NCBI GenBank assembly: GCA_050258755.1
Contig: JBLMZI010000001.1
Location: forward strand, 73,833 to 137,832
DNA length: 64,000 bases
Source of the DNA: Solirubrobacterales bacterium
GTDB lineage: Bacteria > Bacillota > Syntrophomonadia > Syntrophomonadales > DTU052
Direction of reading: 5' to 3'
Below the pieces are notes generated by a model. The model had not been told where the DNA came from and did no database searches. It saw nothing but the letters and a program-made list of their open reading frames with translations. This document shows positions 55,345 through 64,000 of the stretch, piece after piece; position 1 is the first letter of the stretch; each line of letters begins with the position of its first letter. The position numbers were made by a program, and so were the translations under genes.

Positions 55345-55938
55345 ATGAAACAAAAGAACGTGGGAATCCTGCTTTTCGAAAATGTCGAGGTGCTCGATTT
55401 TGCAGGTCCTTTTGAGGTTTTTTCGATTTCCGAATATGAGAATGGGGAAGGGAATCCGTTCGTAGTGAGGACCATTTCGGAAACGGGCAGGCTTGTAACG
55501 GCCAGAAATGGCTTAAAAGTTCAGCCTGATAACGGTTTAAGCGACTCTCCGAAACTCGATATTCTTATTATTCCGGGCGGACCGGGTACCTATGAGATTG
55601 AAACCAAAAACCGCGCAGTGATTGAATGGATTGATCAACAGGCGCGGGAAGTTGAAGTACTGGCGTCCGTATGCACCGGCGCTTTTTTACTTGCCAAAGC
55701 GGGCCTGCTGGATGGCAGAAGAGCGACAACCCATTGGAGAAGCCTTGACCGGCTGGAAAACGAATATCCCAAGATCATGGTACAGCGTGGAATCAAGTAT
55801 GTCGATGAGGGATCAATCATCACGTCGGCAGGGATTTCGGCCGGAATTGACATGTCGCTTTATCTGGTCGGCAAATTGATTGGAAAGCAAGCGGCCCTGA
55901 ATACCGCCAAGCGAATGGAGTACACGCAGGGGAAATAG
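55345..55938 (+). CDS. DJ-1/PfpI-family protein
   Basis: ATG at 55345 lies 7 nt after GAGGAGG. The N-terminus reads MKQKNVGILLFENVEVLDFAGPFEVF. The nucleophile-elbow region reads ASVCTGAFLLAKAGLLDGRRATTHW. Confidence 0.85.
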   Translation: MKQKNVGILLFENVEVLDFAGPFEVFSISEYENGEGNPFVVRTISETGRLVTARNGLKVQPDNGLSDSPKLDILIIPGGPGTYEIETKNRAVIEWIDQQAREVEVLASVCTGAFLLAKAGLLDGRRATTHWRSLDRLENEYPKIMVQRGIKYVDEGSIITSAGISAGIDMSLYLVGKLIGKQAALNTAKRMEYTQGK

Positions 55939-56099
55939 GCGTGGATACCTGGCGCTGATTACGAAACAAGCAGCGGAAGCGCGGATGAAATCGGCGGAAA
56001 AACGCTCAAGCCGGTAATCCGCGGATGGTATTTTGAAAGGGGTGCAGTGAAGCAAAAGCATTCACGTAAACCGGGCGCCGAGCGCCCGGTTTGCTGCGT

Positions 56100-57281
56100 T
56101 TACAGCATTCGCTCAATCGCGTCGGCCAGTTCGCGCGGTGTGGCGCAGCTAAACGCGCCATGGCAGTGTTTGCGATAAATCTCCATGCTGCTGTCACCGC
56201 TGTTCCATTCGTTTTCCGGGTCGGGATTGAACCAGTACACCCGGCGCACGATTCGCCGGATTTCAGCCAGAAGTTCGGGACGCGCAGGGAACCAGTTGGT
56301 CCGGGCATCACCGAAGATCAGCACCGTGCTTTCCGGGGTAAGCTGGGCCTTGAACTGGTCCAGAAAGCTGGCGAACGACGCCCCGTAATCGGTGTACCCG
56401 GTGGCGCCGCAAACATCCGCCGAAGCCAGGATGGGCTGCCGCAGGTCGCCCGGAGGCAGTTCACGCAGGGTTGCCGTAATTTCATCAGTTTGATCGATAA
56501 AGGCAAAACTGCGCACCTGCCGGAAAAACCGGCCCAGGCTGTGGACCAGGCCGAGGGAAAACGCGCTGTAAAACAGGCAGGACTGAGAGATGTCGCAAAG
56601 AGCGAAGATCACTGGCTTTTCCTTGATTTTGCGGTGCCATTGCAGTTCGGCCGGGATGCCGCCGGTGCTCATGCTGCGGCGGAAGGTGCGGCGAAAGTCG
56701 AGCGATGCGGCGGAAGAGGTTCGTTTGACCACGCTGCGCGCCGCCAGCCGCCGGGCCAGCGCGGGAACCAAAGCCATCATAGCCGTAAGATTATGCGGGG
56801 TACCGTTATAGTAGGCGGAATAAAAGTCGAGATCGAGCGGATTTTTGTGCTTCGGGCCTTTGCCCGGCTGGTTCGGACGGGTTTCGGCACGGGGACCGGC
56901 ATCGTTGGATTCTCCCGGTTGGGAAGCGCCGCTGCCGCTTCCTCGTCCTAACATGGCGGCAAAAGCGGCGGCCGGATCGGCTTTCTCATCCGGGTTCCAT
57001 GCGTCGGCACGGGATAATTCGTGCCCGGGTTCGGTCAGCGGCTCGGGCCAGGGCAGGGCGTTCGGGTCAAAGAACAGCCGGTAGACCTGTTCGAAGGCGG
57101 GTATGAGTGCGGCATCCTTCACCAGGGTGCACTGGAGCGCAGCCTTAAAAATGAACGGCTCCTGCCAGTCAACCGCCAGCAAAGCGCGGCAGCCGGCTTC
57201 AGAATCCGCCGGACTGACCGGAATCCCCTCGGCCCGCAGGGCTTCAATAAATGACTGAATACGGGTGAAGACGCCGTTCAC
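56100..57281 (-). CDS. VWA-domain protein of the CoxE type
   Basis: 393-aa ORF whose GTG start overlaps the MoxR stop (GTGA). The MIDAS-like motif is DISQS. The N-terminal region is CoxE-like. Confidence 0.8.
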   Translation of the reverse strand: MNGVFTRIQSFIEALRAEGIPVSPADSEAGCRALLAVDWQEPFIFKAALQCTLVKDAALIPAFEQVYRLFFDPNALPWPEPLTEPGHELSRADAWNPDEKADPAAAFAAMLGRGSGSGASQPGESNDAGPRAETRPNQPGKGPKHKNPLDLDFYSAYYNGTPHNLTAMMALVPALARRLAARSVVKRTSSAASLDFRRTFRRSMSTGGIPAELQWHRKIKEKPVIFALCDISQSCLFYSAFSLGLVHSLGRFFRQVRSFAFIDQTDEITATLRELPPGDLRQPILASADVCGATGYTDYGASFASFLDQFKAQLTPESTVLIFGDARTNWFPARPELLAEIRRIVRRVYWFNPDPENEWNSGDSSMEIYRKHCHGAFSCATPRELADAIERML

Positions 57282-58177
57282 GGCCGTTTCTCCCGGTTGA
57301 ACAGCGGCCCTTCTAATGAACCGGACGCCGGAATTTTAGCTTTTGCCAGGGCGATGTCCTCGCGGTACTTGAGCAGAATGTTCAAGGTATCCCGAAGCAG
57401 CGAGCGGTCCAGGTCCTGGTGGCCCATCGCGAGCAAAGCCCGGGCCCAATCAATACTTTCCGCAATACTGGGCCGCTTTTTCAGCGGGAGGGTGCGCAGG
57501 TCGGCCAGCGCTGCCGCCAATTTTGCGGCCAGTTCGGGGTTCAGGCCCGGAATCCGGCGTTCCAGGATTCGCTGTTCGGTCGCCGGGTCGGGAAAGTCCA
57601 GATACAAATAGAGACAGCGCCGCTTGAGCGCTTCAGAGAGTTCCCGTGAGGCGTTGGACGTCAGAAAAACCAGCGGCGCCGAGCGGGCCGTCAGGGTGCC
57701 GAACTCCGGCACGGTGACCTGAAACTCGGCCAGCAGTTCGAGCAGCATGGCTTCGAACGCATAATCCACCTTGTCGATTTCGTCAATCAACAGGCAGACC
57801 GGTTCCTCGGCGGTTACCGCTTGAAGCAGCGGGCGCGCGAGTAAAAACGCCTCGGAGAAAACAGCCTGTTCCACGTCGCTGACTTCCAGCTGCCGGTTGG
57901 CGACAGCCTGAATATGAAGCAGCTGTTTTTTGTAATTCCATTCATAAAGGGCGCGGGCTTCGTCAATACCTTCGTAGCACTGCAGGCGCAGCAGCTTCAG
58001 GTTATGCGCCCGGGCAAATGCCTGAGCGATCGCGGTTTTCCCCACGCCGGCCGGGCCCTCGACCAGCACGGGTTTTTGCAGGGTCCGGGCCAGCCATACC
58101 ACGGTAGCGGAGGCATCGTCGGCGATATAGTCCGCGGCCAGCAGGGCTTCCTGTTCCTGGTGAATCGGGTTTGCCAT
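57278..58177 (-). CDS. MoxR/CoxD-type AAA+ ATPase
   Basis: ATG at 58177 lies 7 nt after GAAGGAGGG. Walker A reads GPAGVGKT and Walker B LLIDEIDK. Confidence 0.9.
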   Translation of the reverse strand: MANPIHQEQEALLAADYIADDASATVVWLARTLQKPVLVEGPAGVGKTAIAQAFARAHNLKLLRLQCYEGIDEARALYEWNYKKQLLHIQAVANRQLEVSDVEQAVFSEAFLLARPLLQAVTAEEPVCLLIDEIDKVDYAFEAMLLELLAEFQVTVPEFGTLTARSAPLVFLTSNASRELSEALKRRCLYLYLDFPDPATEQRILERRIPGLNPELAAKLAAALADLRTLPLKKRPSIAESIDWARALLAMGHQDLDRSLLRDTLNILLKYREDIALAKAKIPASGSLEGPLFNREKRP

Positions 58178-58191
58178 ACCGGTGCCCTCCT

Positions 58192-58998
58192 TCATTGCAG
58201 CTGCCCGAGGGCGCTGTCGACCAGATGCTGTTTGGCAAAATGTCCTGAGGAAATCACGTACATCAGCCCCTCGTTCCCGAGCAGCTGTTTGCGGATTTCA
58301 GTCCGGGATACGCCCTGTTGATATAATTCGCGAATCCGGCCGTCCAATTCCTCCATATAATCCAATTTGCGGCGCAGGGCCGCGCTGCCGTCCGTGACCG
58401 CGCCCTGAACCGCGCAGAAAATCGTATCGACATCAAGTTGAATCAGTTTTCGGACTGATTCCATCTGCTGCGGGAAGCTTTCGTCCGCCCGCAGGTATTT
58501 CACCCGCTCGCCGCAGAACAGGTCTCCGGCAAACAGCAGTCGGTGTTCCGGCTCGTAAAAGCAGACGTGATCCTGTGAATGGCCCGGGGTATGGATAACC
58601 TCGAAACGATAGCCGCCGCACGCGACGGAATCACCCAGCGGCAGCGCCCTGGAAGGGGCCGGGCGGTTCCACATCATTCGAAGGTAAAAATGCGGCTGCC
58701 GGGGCCATGGCTCGGCCATAACCGGAACCGCGTCCGGATGGGCGTAAATGGTCACGCCGAAACGGTTCTGGATTCTTCGGTTGTTGCCGGTGTGATCCTC
58801 ATGACAATGGGTATTCAAAATGGTTTCGGGCGGATGATGCTCGAGCGCCAAGAGCAATTCAGGGCCTACATACGTGGTGCTGGTATCGACCAAAACCGTT
58901 CCAAGCTGAAAGCAGTAAGCGTAGTAATTGGCCATACGATGAATTGTGCGGCCGGTACGGTATACCCGGACCGGCCCGCTTTCGCGGATCGTGATCAT
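58192..58998 (-). CDS. MBL-fold metallo-hydrolase
   Basis: 268-aa ORF with HCHEDHTGNN (HxHxDH) and HTPGHSQDH. Confidence 0.85.
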   Translation of the reverse strand: MITIRESGPVRVYRTGRTIHRMANYYAYCFQLGTVLVDTSTTYVGPELLLALEHHPPETILNTHCHEDHTGNNRRIQNRFGVTIYAHPDAVPVMAEPWPRQPHFYLRMMWNRPAPSRALPLGDSVACGGYRFEVIHTPGHSQDHVCFYEPEHRLLFAGDLFCGERVKYLRADESFPQQMESVRKLIQLDVDTIFCAVQGAVTDGSAALRRKLDYMEELDGRIRELYQQGVSRTEIRKQLLGNEGLMYVISSGHFAKQHLVDSALGQLQ

Positions 58999-59016
58999 AA
59001 CGGGGTCACTCCTTTC

Positions 59017-59574
59017 CTAGCGTTTGGGGGTCCAATCGGGATCCAGCAAGGCCAGAAAATCCTGAAGCCAGGCGAGCCGGGTCTCCTGAACCCGGATTCC
59101 GTATTCCAGGATGGCGATGCGGACGGGATCAACCCCCCGCCGGTGCATGGTATTCCAGGCCTGTTGATAATCAGCGATGGTCTGGTGAACTGTTTCGATC
59201 TGCCGTTTTACCTTGGTCCGGGCCAGCTCGGGCTCCAGATGGCGGAAATAATTACAGCGGGCGAAAAACGGGTCTCTCCGCAAAAAGTCGTAGCGGAAAG
59301 AACGCTCTTCCCCCGTATCGGCAGCGAGCCACACGAGGAAATCCTCCCGGCCGCTGTCGGTGATCGCATAGACGTGGCGGTTGGGCCCCTTTTCGTTCTG
59401 TTCGATGGTCTTTTCGATGACGCCTTCCTGCTCCATTTTCTTCAGGGCCGGGTAAAGCTGGCCGTCATTGATCCCGAAATCCGAGAAGACTTTGGCATGG
59501 GCGGATGATTTCATCTGATAACCGTGCAGCGGGCCTTCCAAAAGCATTCCGAGCAGCATGTAACGCAGCGACAT
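59017..59574 (-). CDS. PadR-family transcriptional regulator
   Basis: 185-aa ORF with N-terminus LRYMLLGMLLEGPLHGYQM...LYPALKKMEQEGVI and GGGAGG as RBS. Confidence 0.9.
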   Translation of the reverse strand: MSLRYMLLGMLLEGPLHGYQMKSSAHAKVFSDFGINDGQLYPALKKMEQEGVIEKTIEQNEKGPNRHVYAITDSGREDFLVWLAADTGEERSFRYDFLRRDPFFARCNYFRHLEPELARTKVKRQIETVHQTIADYQQAWNTMHRRGVDPVRIAILEYGIRVQETRLAWLQDFLALLDPDWTPKR

Positions 59575-59617
59575 AGGGTTTTCCTCCCAGGGTACAATCC
59601 GTTCTTAACTACTATAT

Positions 59618-59641
59618 TACATGTAAGGTATCTTACTTGTA
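59618..59641. promoter_or_regulatory. Candidate PadR operator (10-bp inverted repeat) inside the operon promoter
   Basis: TACATGTAAG-gtat-CTTACTTGTA. On the minus strand it lies between a TTTACA (-35-like) and a TAATAT (-10-like) hexamer. Confidence 0.45.
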
Positions 59642-59800
59642 AAGTACGCTCTCGATCTTTCATTGACTTAACGGTAAACCCAAAGCTTTAAACGCTGCAA
59701 ACCCGCGTAAACCCGGCGGCAAAAAGGATTCGTCGCGGGATTTGACGAATAAGTAAGAGATATGCAGCCGATTGGGCAGACCTGGACGGGAGGAAAAGCG

Positions 59801-60118
59801 ATGGTGGGCTCTGCGAGAATCGCAGTGTATGTCGATTCGGATCTGAAGCCGCTCATTCCCGGTTTTCTAGAGAACCGGCGCAGCGACGCGCTCCTTATGA
59901 GCGAGGCAGTTGTGAAAGGGGATTTTGAAGCGGTCCGAATTCTCGGCCACTCCATGAAAGGGGTCGGCGGGGGCTACGGCTTTGACGAGATCACCCGGCT
60001 CGGCTTGATGCTGGAACAGGCTGCCAAAGCCCAGGATTCGCTGCAGATCAAAGGGGCTATCAATCTTCTTTCCGAATACCTGGACCAGGTCGATGTTTAT
60101 TATAGGGATTCCGTTTAG
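59801..60118 (+). CDS. Histidine phosphotransfer (HPt) domain protein
   Basis: ATG at 59801 lies 6 nt after GGGAGGA. GDFEAVRILGHSMKGVGGGYGFDEI is the HPt HxxKG motif. Confidence 0.65.
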   Translation: MVGSARIAVYVDSDLKPLIPGFLENRRSDALLMSEAVVKGDFEAVRILGHSMKGVGGGYGFDEITRLGLMLEQAAKAQDSLQIKGAINLLSEYLDQVDVYYRDSV

Positions 60119-60144
60119 ATAATACCGGACACGAGGACTGAACG

Positions 60145-63100
60145 ATGGCAATACTCATTGTGGACGACTCCCGGGACAGCAGGCTGCTGATTGAGACGTA
60201 CCTCCGGTCGGCTGGATATATGGAAATCAAGAGCGTTGGTTCAGCGGAAGCTGCCTTCAGTCTGCTTGGCTTGAAAAAGCCGCAGCAGCACGGATTTTCC
60301 TGCGACTTGATTCTCATGGATCTTGTCATGCCCGATATGGACGGGATTGAAGCCTGCCGCCGGATTAAATCGTCGGAGGGCCTGGCTGATGTCCCGATCA
60401 TTATCATAACCGCGGATAAGGACCCGGTGAACCTTGAAGCCGCTTTTACGGCTGGCGCGATGGACTTCATCTCCAAGCCGCTCAACAAAACCGAACTGCG
60501 GGTCCGGGTCCGATCGGTGCTGAAACTGAAATCGGAAACGGACAACCGCAAAGAAGCCTATTTAAAACTGAAACATGCCAATGAACAGCTTGAACTGCTT
60601 TCCAGCCTGGACGGGCTGACCGGGATCGCCAACCGGCGGTTTTTCGATCAGATGTATGATGTGGAATGGCGGCGGAGCCAGCGGGGGCAATCCATGCTGT
60701 CCGTATTAATGCTGGATATCGATTATTTCAAACGGTATAACGATACCTACGGTCATCTGGCCGGGGACGACTGCCTGAAACAGGTTGCCGGGACCCTGTC
60801 GAGAAGCGTCAATCGTGCAGGGGATCTGGTCGCACGCTACGGCGGGGAAGAATTCGTGGTCCTGCTGCCCGGTATCGGTTCGGACAAAGCGGCCGCGGTG
60901 GCGGAGCGCATGCGAGCCGCGGTGGAAGCCTTACAGATCCCGCACGAAAACTCGGAAGCCAGCCGTTTCGTGACGGTCAGCATCGGGTCTGCTTCAGTGG
61001 TTGCCGGGGGTGGGCTGCAGCCGCAGGATTTGGTTAATGCCGCGGACGAGGCTCTTTACGCTGCGAAACAGCAAGGCCGCAACCGGTACCGGGTCGGAAG
61101 CCTGAAAGAACCGGAACAATTCGATTCACCTGTCGAAGTTCCGCTCCTTCCCGAAGATGACAGCCTGCCAGCCGGGCGGATCGGGCCCAGTGTGGTTTCA
61201 TTCAATACCCTTTCGGATGCGCTTGACTCTGCCCAGGATTTCGTATTTTTCAAAAATCTTGACGGGATTTACCTGGGCTGCAATCCGGCGTTCGCGGAGT
61301 TTGTCGGCCGGCCATGGAGCGAGATTGTCGGGCGAACCGACCATGATTTGTTTTCCAAGGAAGTCGCCGATTTTTTCCGGCAGCGGGATCAACTGATGCT
61401 GGATTCCGGCGGGCCCCAAATCAACGAGGAATGGATCCGGTACCCCAGCGGCCGCAGTATTCTTCTGGAGACTAACAAAGCCCCGCTGGTCGACAAGCAG
61501 GGGAGAGTTTACGGTGTGCTCGGCGTAAGCCGCGACATTACGGAACGGAAATTGCGGGAAGAAGCGTTGAAACAGGAGCAAGATTTATTCGCCGCCGGTC
61601 CGATCGTTGCTTTCAAATGGATCCCGGACAGCGCTTCTTCCATTGAATCGATATCACCCAATGTGGAAGCGGTGCTGGGTTATGCGCCGGAAGAATTCGT
61701 TCAAGGCCGGGTTCGTTTTGATCAGATCGTGCACCCGGATGATTTCGCCGAACTGGTGGCGCGGACTGAAGCGGCCCGGGCCAGCGGGGACGGCAGTTTT
61801 GAAATAGAGGTCCGCATCCGCGATCAGCAGGGAAATGAGCGTTGGGTCTACGATTTCACCATGCTGGTCTGGGATTCGTTCGGCACCCTGGCTCATTACC
61901 GGGGTTATCTGTTTGATATTACAGACCGCAAGGAACAGGAAAAACGACTCCTGGAGAGCGAGGAACGGTGGAAATTTGCCCTGGAAGGCAGTGGGGACGG
62001 CCTTTGGGACTGGTGGCCGGACCTTGATGTCATTTATTTCTCCCGCCAGTGGAAGGCAATTCTTGGTTGGGAGGACCAGGAGATCGAAAACAATCTGATG
62101 GTCTGGGAACGGCTGGTTCACCCGGACGATTTGGACCGGGTCAATGCCGATGTGGAACAGCATTTAAACGGGCTGACCCCGTTTTATCAGTGTGAACACC
62201 GGCTATTGTGCAAAGACGGATCGTATAAATGGGTGCTCGACCGCGGCAAGGTGATGAGTAAACCCGGCGAGCCGGTCCGCTTGATCGGCGTGCATACGGA
62301 TATCACCGAACGGCGGCAGGCTGAAGAGGCCATCCGGCAGGCCCGGTCGCAGATGACCGCAATCCTGGACAATCTGCCGTACCTTGCCTGGCTGAAAGAT
62401 AAGGACGGCCGTTTCCTGATTGTGAACCAGGCGTTCGCGAAGGCCTGCGGCTACCCGATTGAGGCGATTATCGGCAGGACCGATTATGATATTTGGCCGG
62501 CAGAGATTGCGGAGAAGTACCGGCAGGACGACGAAGAGACCATGGCCAAAGGGGAACAGAAATATGTCGAGGAAATGCTCGCTGATCCTCAAGGGGCTTA
62601 CTGGGTGGAAACTTTCAAGACCCCGATCTTCGATATCAACGGAAACCTGATCGGTACCACCGGGCTGGCCCGCGATATCACTGAACGCAAGCGGATTGAC
62701 GAGGAACGGCAGGACTCTTTTAATCGGTTAACTACGATTTTAAACAGTCTGGACCAAATCATCTATATCGCCGATATGACCACTTACGAGATTCTATTCC
62801 TCAACCAGGCCGGCCAGAAAGCCTATGGCGGCATCGTTGGCAGGAAGTGCTGGCAGAGCCTGCATAAGGACCAAACCGGACCATGCGATTTCTGTTCGAA
62901 TCACGTGCTGGTCGATGACGCCGGAAATCCGACCGGTGTCCATGTCTGGGATTACCGGAGCACGATCAATGGGCGCTGGTATCAGAACCGCGACCAGGCT
63001 GTCCGATGGACCGACGGCCGTCTGGTGCGCATGCAGGCATCGACCGATATCACCGAATCCATCCTGGCCCGCGAGGAACTGGAGCGGGCCAAGGAAGACG

Positions 63101-64000
63101 CCGAACGGGCCAACCTGTCCAAGAGCGAATTCCTGGCCAACATGAGTCATGAGATCCGGACCCCGATGAATGCCATCATTGGCATGGCAGAACTGCTTCA
63201 GGATACCGAACTGAACCCGGAACAGCGCAAATATGTGCAGACCTTCCGGTTTGCCGGCGAAACCTTACTGGTTCTGATTAACGATATTATCGATTTGTCG
63301 AAGGTGGAAACCGGGCATTTGAAGCTGGAACCGGTTGTGTTTGATCTTCGGGAAGTGGTGGAGCAGGCCTGTGATGTCATGTCGCTCCGGGCCCATGAAA
63401 AGGGATTGGAACTGACCGTGCACATCCAAAAAGGAACGCCGGACTGTCTCATCGGGGACCCGGGACGGCTGGCGCAGGTTCTTTTGAATTTGGTGGGGAA
63501 TGCGATTAAGTTTACCGAAGTCGGGGAGGTCGCCGTCCGGGTTCGGGTAGAACCGCGGGAAGGTGGAAACGACTGCACCCCGGCGCATCCCTGTGTGATC
63601 CACTTTGAAGTATCAGATACCGGGATCGGTATCGCACCGGAGAAGCAGGAAATCATCTTCGATCAGTTTTCCCAGGCTGATTCATCCATTACCAGGCAGT
63701 ACGGGGGATCGGGGCTGGGACTGACGATTTCCCGGCGGCTGGTCCGGTTAATGGGCGGGGATCTCTGGGTTGAAAGCAAACCATGGGAAGGAAGCACCTT
63801 CTTCTTCAATGTCGAGTTTCCCGCGGCGGAATCGTACGACCGGGTGCAGCAGCCCGGGGAAGCTTTGCGGGGATGCCGGGTGTTGATCGTGGACGACAAC
63901 GAAACGAACCGGACCATTCTGACCGAGACCCTTCGGGGCTGGGGCATGTCAGCGGATCAGGCGGGCGATGCGGATCAGGGCCTGCGATTGCTTGAGCAGG
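60145..64000 (+). CDS. Very large sensor protein: REC, GGDEF, five PAS domains, HisKA, HATPase_c and REC. It continues beyond the window end.
   Basis: Hand translation gives an open frame from ATG 60145 (GAGGA 7 nt upstream) to 64000 with no stop; the ORF track does not list it. REC reads ILIVDDSRDSRLL...DLILMDLVMPDMDG. GGDEF reads RYGGEEFVVLLPG. Five blocks end in ...DITERK/DITERR/DITE. The H-box reads FLANMSHEIRTPMNAIIGM, followed by DTGIGI and GGSGLGLTISRRL. A second REC begins at VLIVDDNETNRTIL. Confidence 0.9.
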   Translation, partial: MAILIVDDSRDSRLLIETYLRSAGYMEIKSVGSAEAAFSLLGLKKPQQHGFSCDLILMDLVMPDMDGIEACRRIKSSEGLADVPIIIITADKDPVNLEAAFTAGAMDFISKPLNKTELRVRVRSVLKLKSETDNRKEAYLKLKHANEQLELLSSLDGLTGIANRRFFDQMYDVEWRRSQRGQSMLSVLMLDIDYFKRYNDTYGHLAGDDCLKQVAGTLSRSVNRAGDLVARYGGEEFVVLLPGIGSDKAAAVAERMRAAVEALQIPHENSEASRFVTVSIGSASVVAGGGLQPQDLVNAADEALYAAKQQGRNRYRVGSLKEPEQFDSPVEVPLLPEDDSLPAGRIGPSVVSFNTLSDALDSAQDFVFFKNLDGIYLGCNPAFAEFVGRPWSEIVGRTDHDLFSKEVADFFRQRDQLMLDSGGPQINEEWIRYPSGRSILLETNKAPLVDKQGRVYGVLGVSRDITERKLREEALKQEQDLFAAGPIVAFKWIPDSASSIESISPNVEAVLGYAPEEFVQGRVRFDQIVHPDDFAELVARTEAARASGDGSFEIEVRIRDQQGNERWVYDFTMLVWDSFGTLAHYRGYLFDITDRKEQEKRLLESEERWKFALEGSGDGLWDWWPDLDVIYFSRQWKAILGWEDQEIENNLMVWERLVHPDDLDRVNADVEQHLNGLTPFYQCEHRLLCKDGSYKWVLDRGKVMSKPGEPVRLIGVHTDITERRQAEEAIRQARSQMTAILDNLPYLAWLKDKDGRFLIVNQAFAKACGYPIEAIIGRTDYDIWPAEIAEKYRQDDEETMAKGEQKYVEEMLADPQGAYWVETFKTPIFDINGNLIGTTGLARDITERKRIDEERQDSFNRLTTILNSLDQIIYIADMTTYEILFLNQAGQKAYGGIVGRKCWQSLHKDQTGPCDFCSNHVLVDDAGNPTGVHVWDYRSTINGRWYQNRDQAVRWTDGRLVRMQASTDITESILAREELERAKEDAERANLSKSEFLANMSHEIRTPMNAIIGMAELLQDTELNPEQRKYVQTFRFAGETLLVLINDIIDLSKVETGHLKLEPVVFDLREVVEQACDVMSLRAHEKGLELTVHIQKGTPDCLIGDPGRLAQVLLNLVGNAIKFTEVGEVAVRVRVEPREGGNDCTPAHPCVIHFEVSDTGIGIAPEKQEIIFDQFSQADSSITRQYGGSGLGLTISRRLVRLMGGDLWVESKPWEGSTFFFNVEFPAAESYDRVQQPGEALRGCRVLIVDDNETNRTILTETLRGWGMSADQAGDADQGLRLLEQ

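Noticed and set aside
56091-59508. Plus ORFs 56091..56951 (286 aa) and 58579..59508 (309 aa)
   Set aside because: They are antisense to the VWA, MBL and PadR genes.

Overview
All calls come from reading the sequence and the ORF track by hand. No searches or folding programs were run, so domain names are motif-level recognitions and many start codons are best guesses.

The window is a 64-kb, visibly G+C-rich chromosomal segment. Its gene content looks like an anaerobic Gram-positive, Clostridia-like bacterium (inference only): SLH-domain envelope proteins, argS / rpoE-like / pyrG synteny, a sigma-54 enhancer-binding protein, and many c-di-GMP and phosphorelay proteins. I support about 47 protein-coding genes. 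Two run off the window edges and are missing from the ORF track: a minus-strand FAD/Fe-S oxidase at 1..1757 and a plus-strand REC-GGDEF-5xPAS-histidine kinase at 60145..64000. I recognised no rRNA, tRNA, CRISPR array, transposase, integrase or reverse transcriptase.

Main blocks:
- **Cell-envelope operon (6587..17916):** a 1906-aa IPT/TIG-repeat protein, two SLH proteins and a membrane-anchored M1 metallopeptidase.
- **Housekeeping genes:** argS, an rpoE-like gene, an MBL hydrolase and pyrG.
- **Tandem paralogue pairs:** two Asp-box propeller-like proteins and two MBL-fold hydrolases.
- **Phosphorelay cluster:** REC-HD-GYP, a hybrid kinase and a REC-kinase.
- **Accessory-looking stretch (38.2-44.5 kb):** an AT-rich orphan membrane gene, a 229-bp GC-rich hyper-palindrome with perfect 24-bp terminal inverted repeats, and two diverged copies of a CoA-transferase gene. 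Each copy has an exact sigma-54 -24/-12 promoter and three TGTCC-N8-GGACA dyads. A methyltransferase gene with an in-frame TAA sits between them, and the cognate-looking PAS-AAA+ activator lies next to them.
- **Other units:** a DUF2339/DUF3999 pair; a four-module flavodiiron-rubredoxin-reductase-rubredoxin fusion; an orphan radical SAM gene; and a PadR-MBL-MoxR-VWA operon.

The most interesting items are the sigma-54 cassette, the palindromic element with the AT-rich gene, the envelope locus and the PadR-MBL-MoxR-VWA operon.
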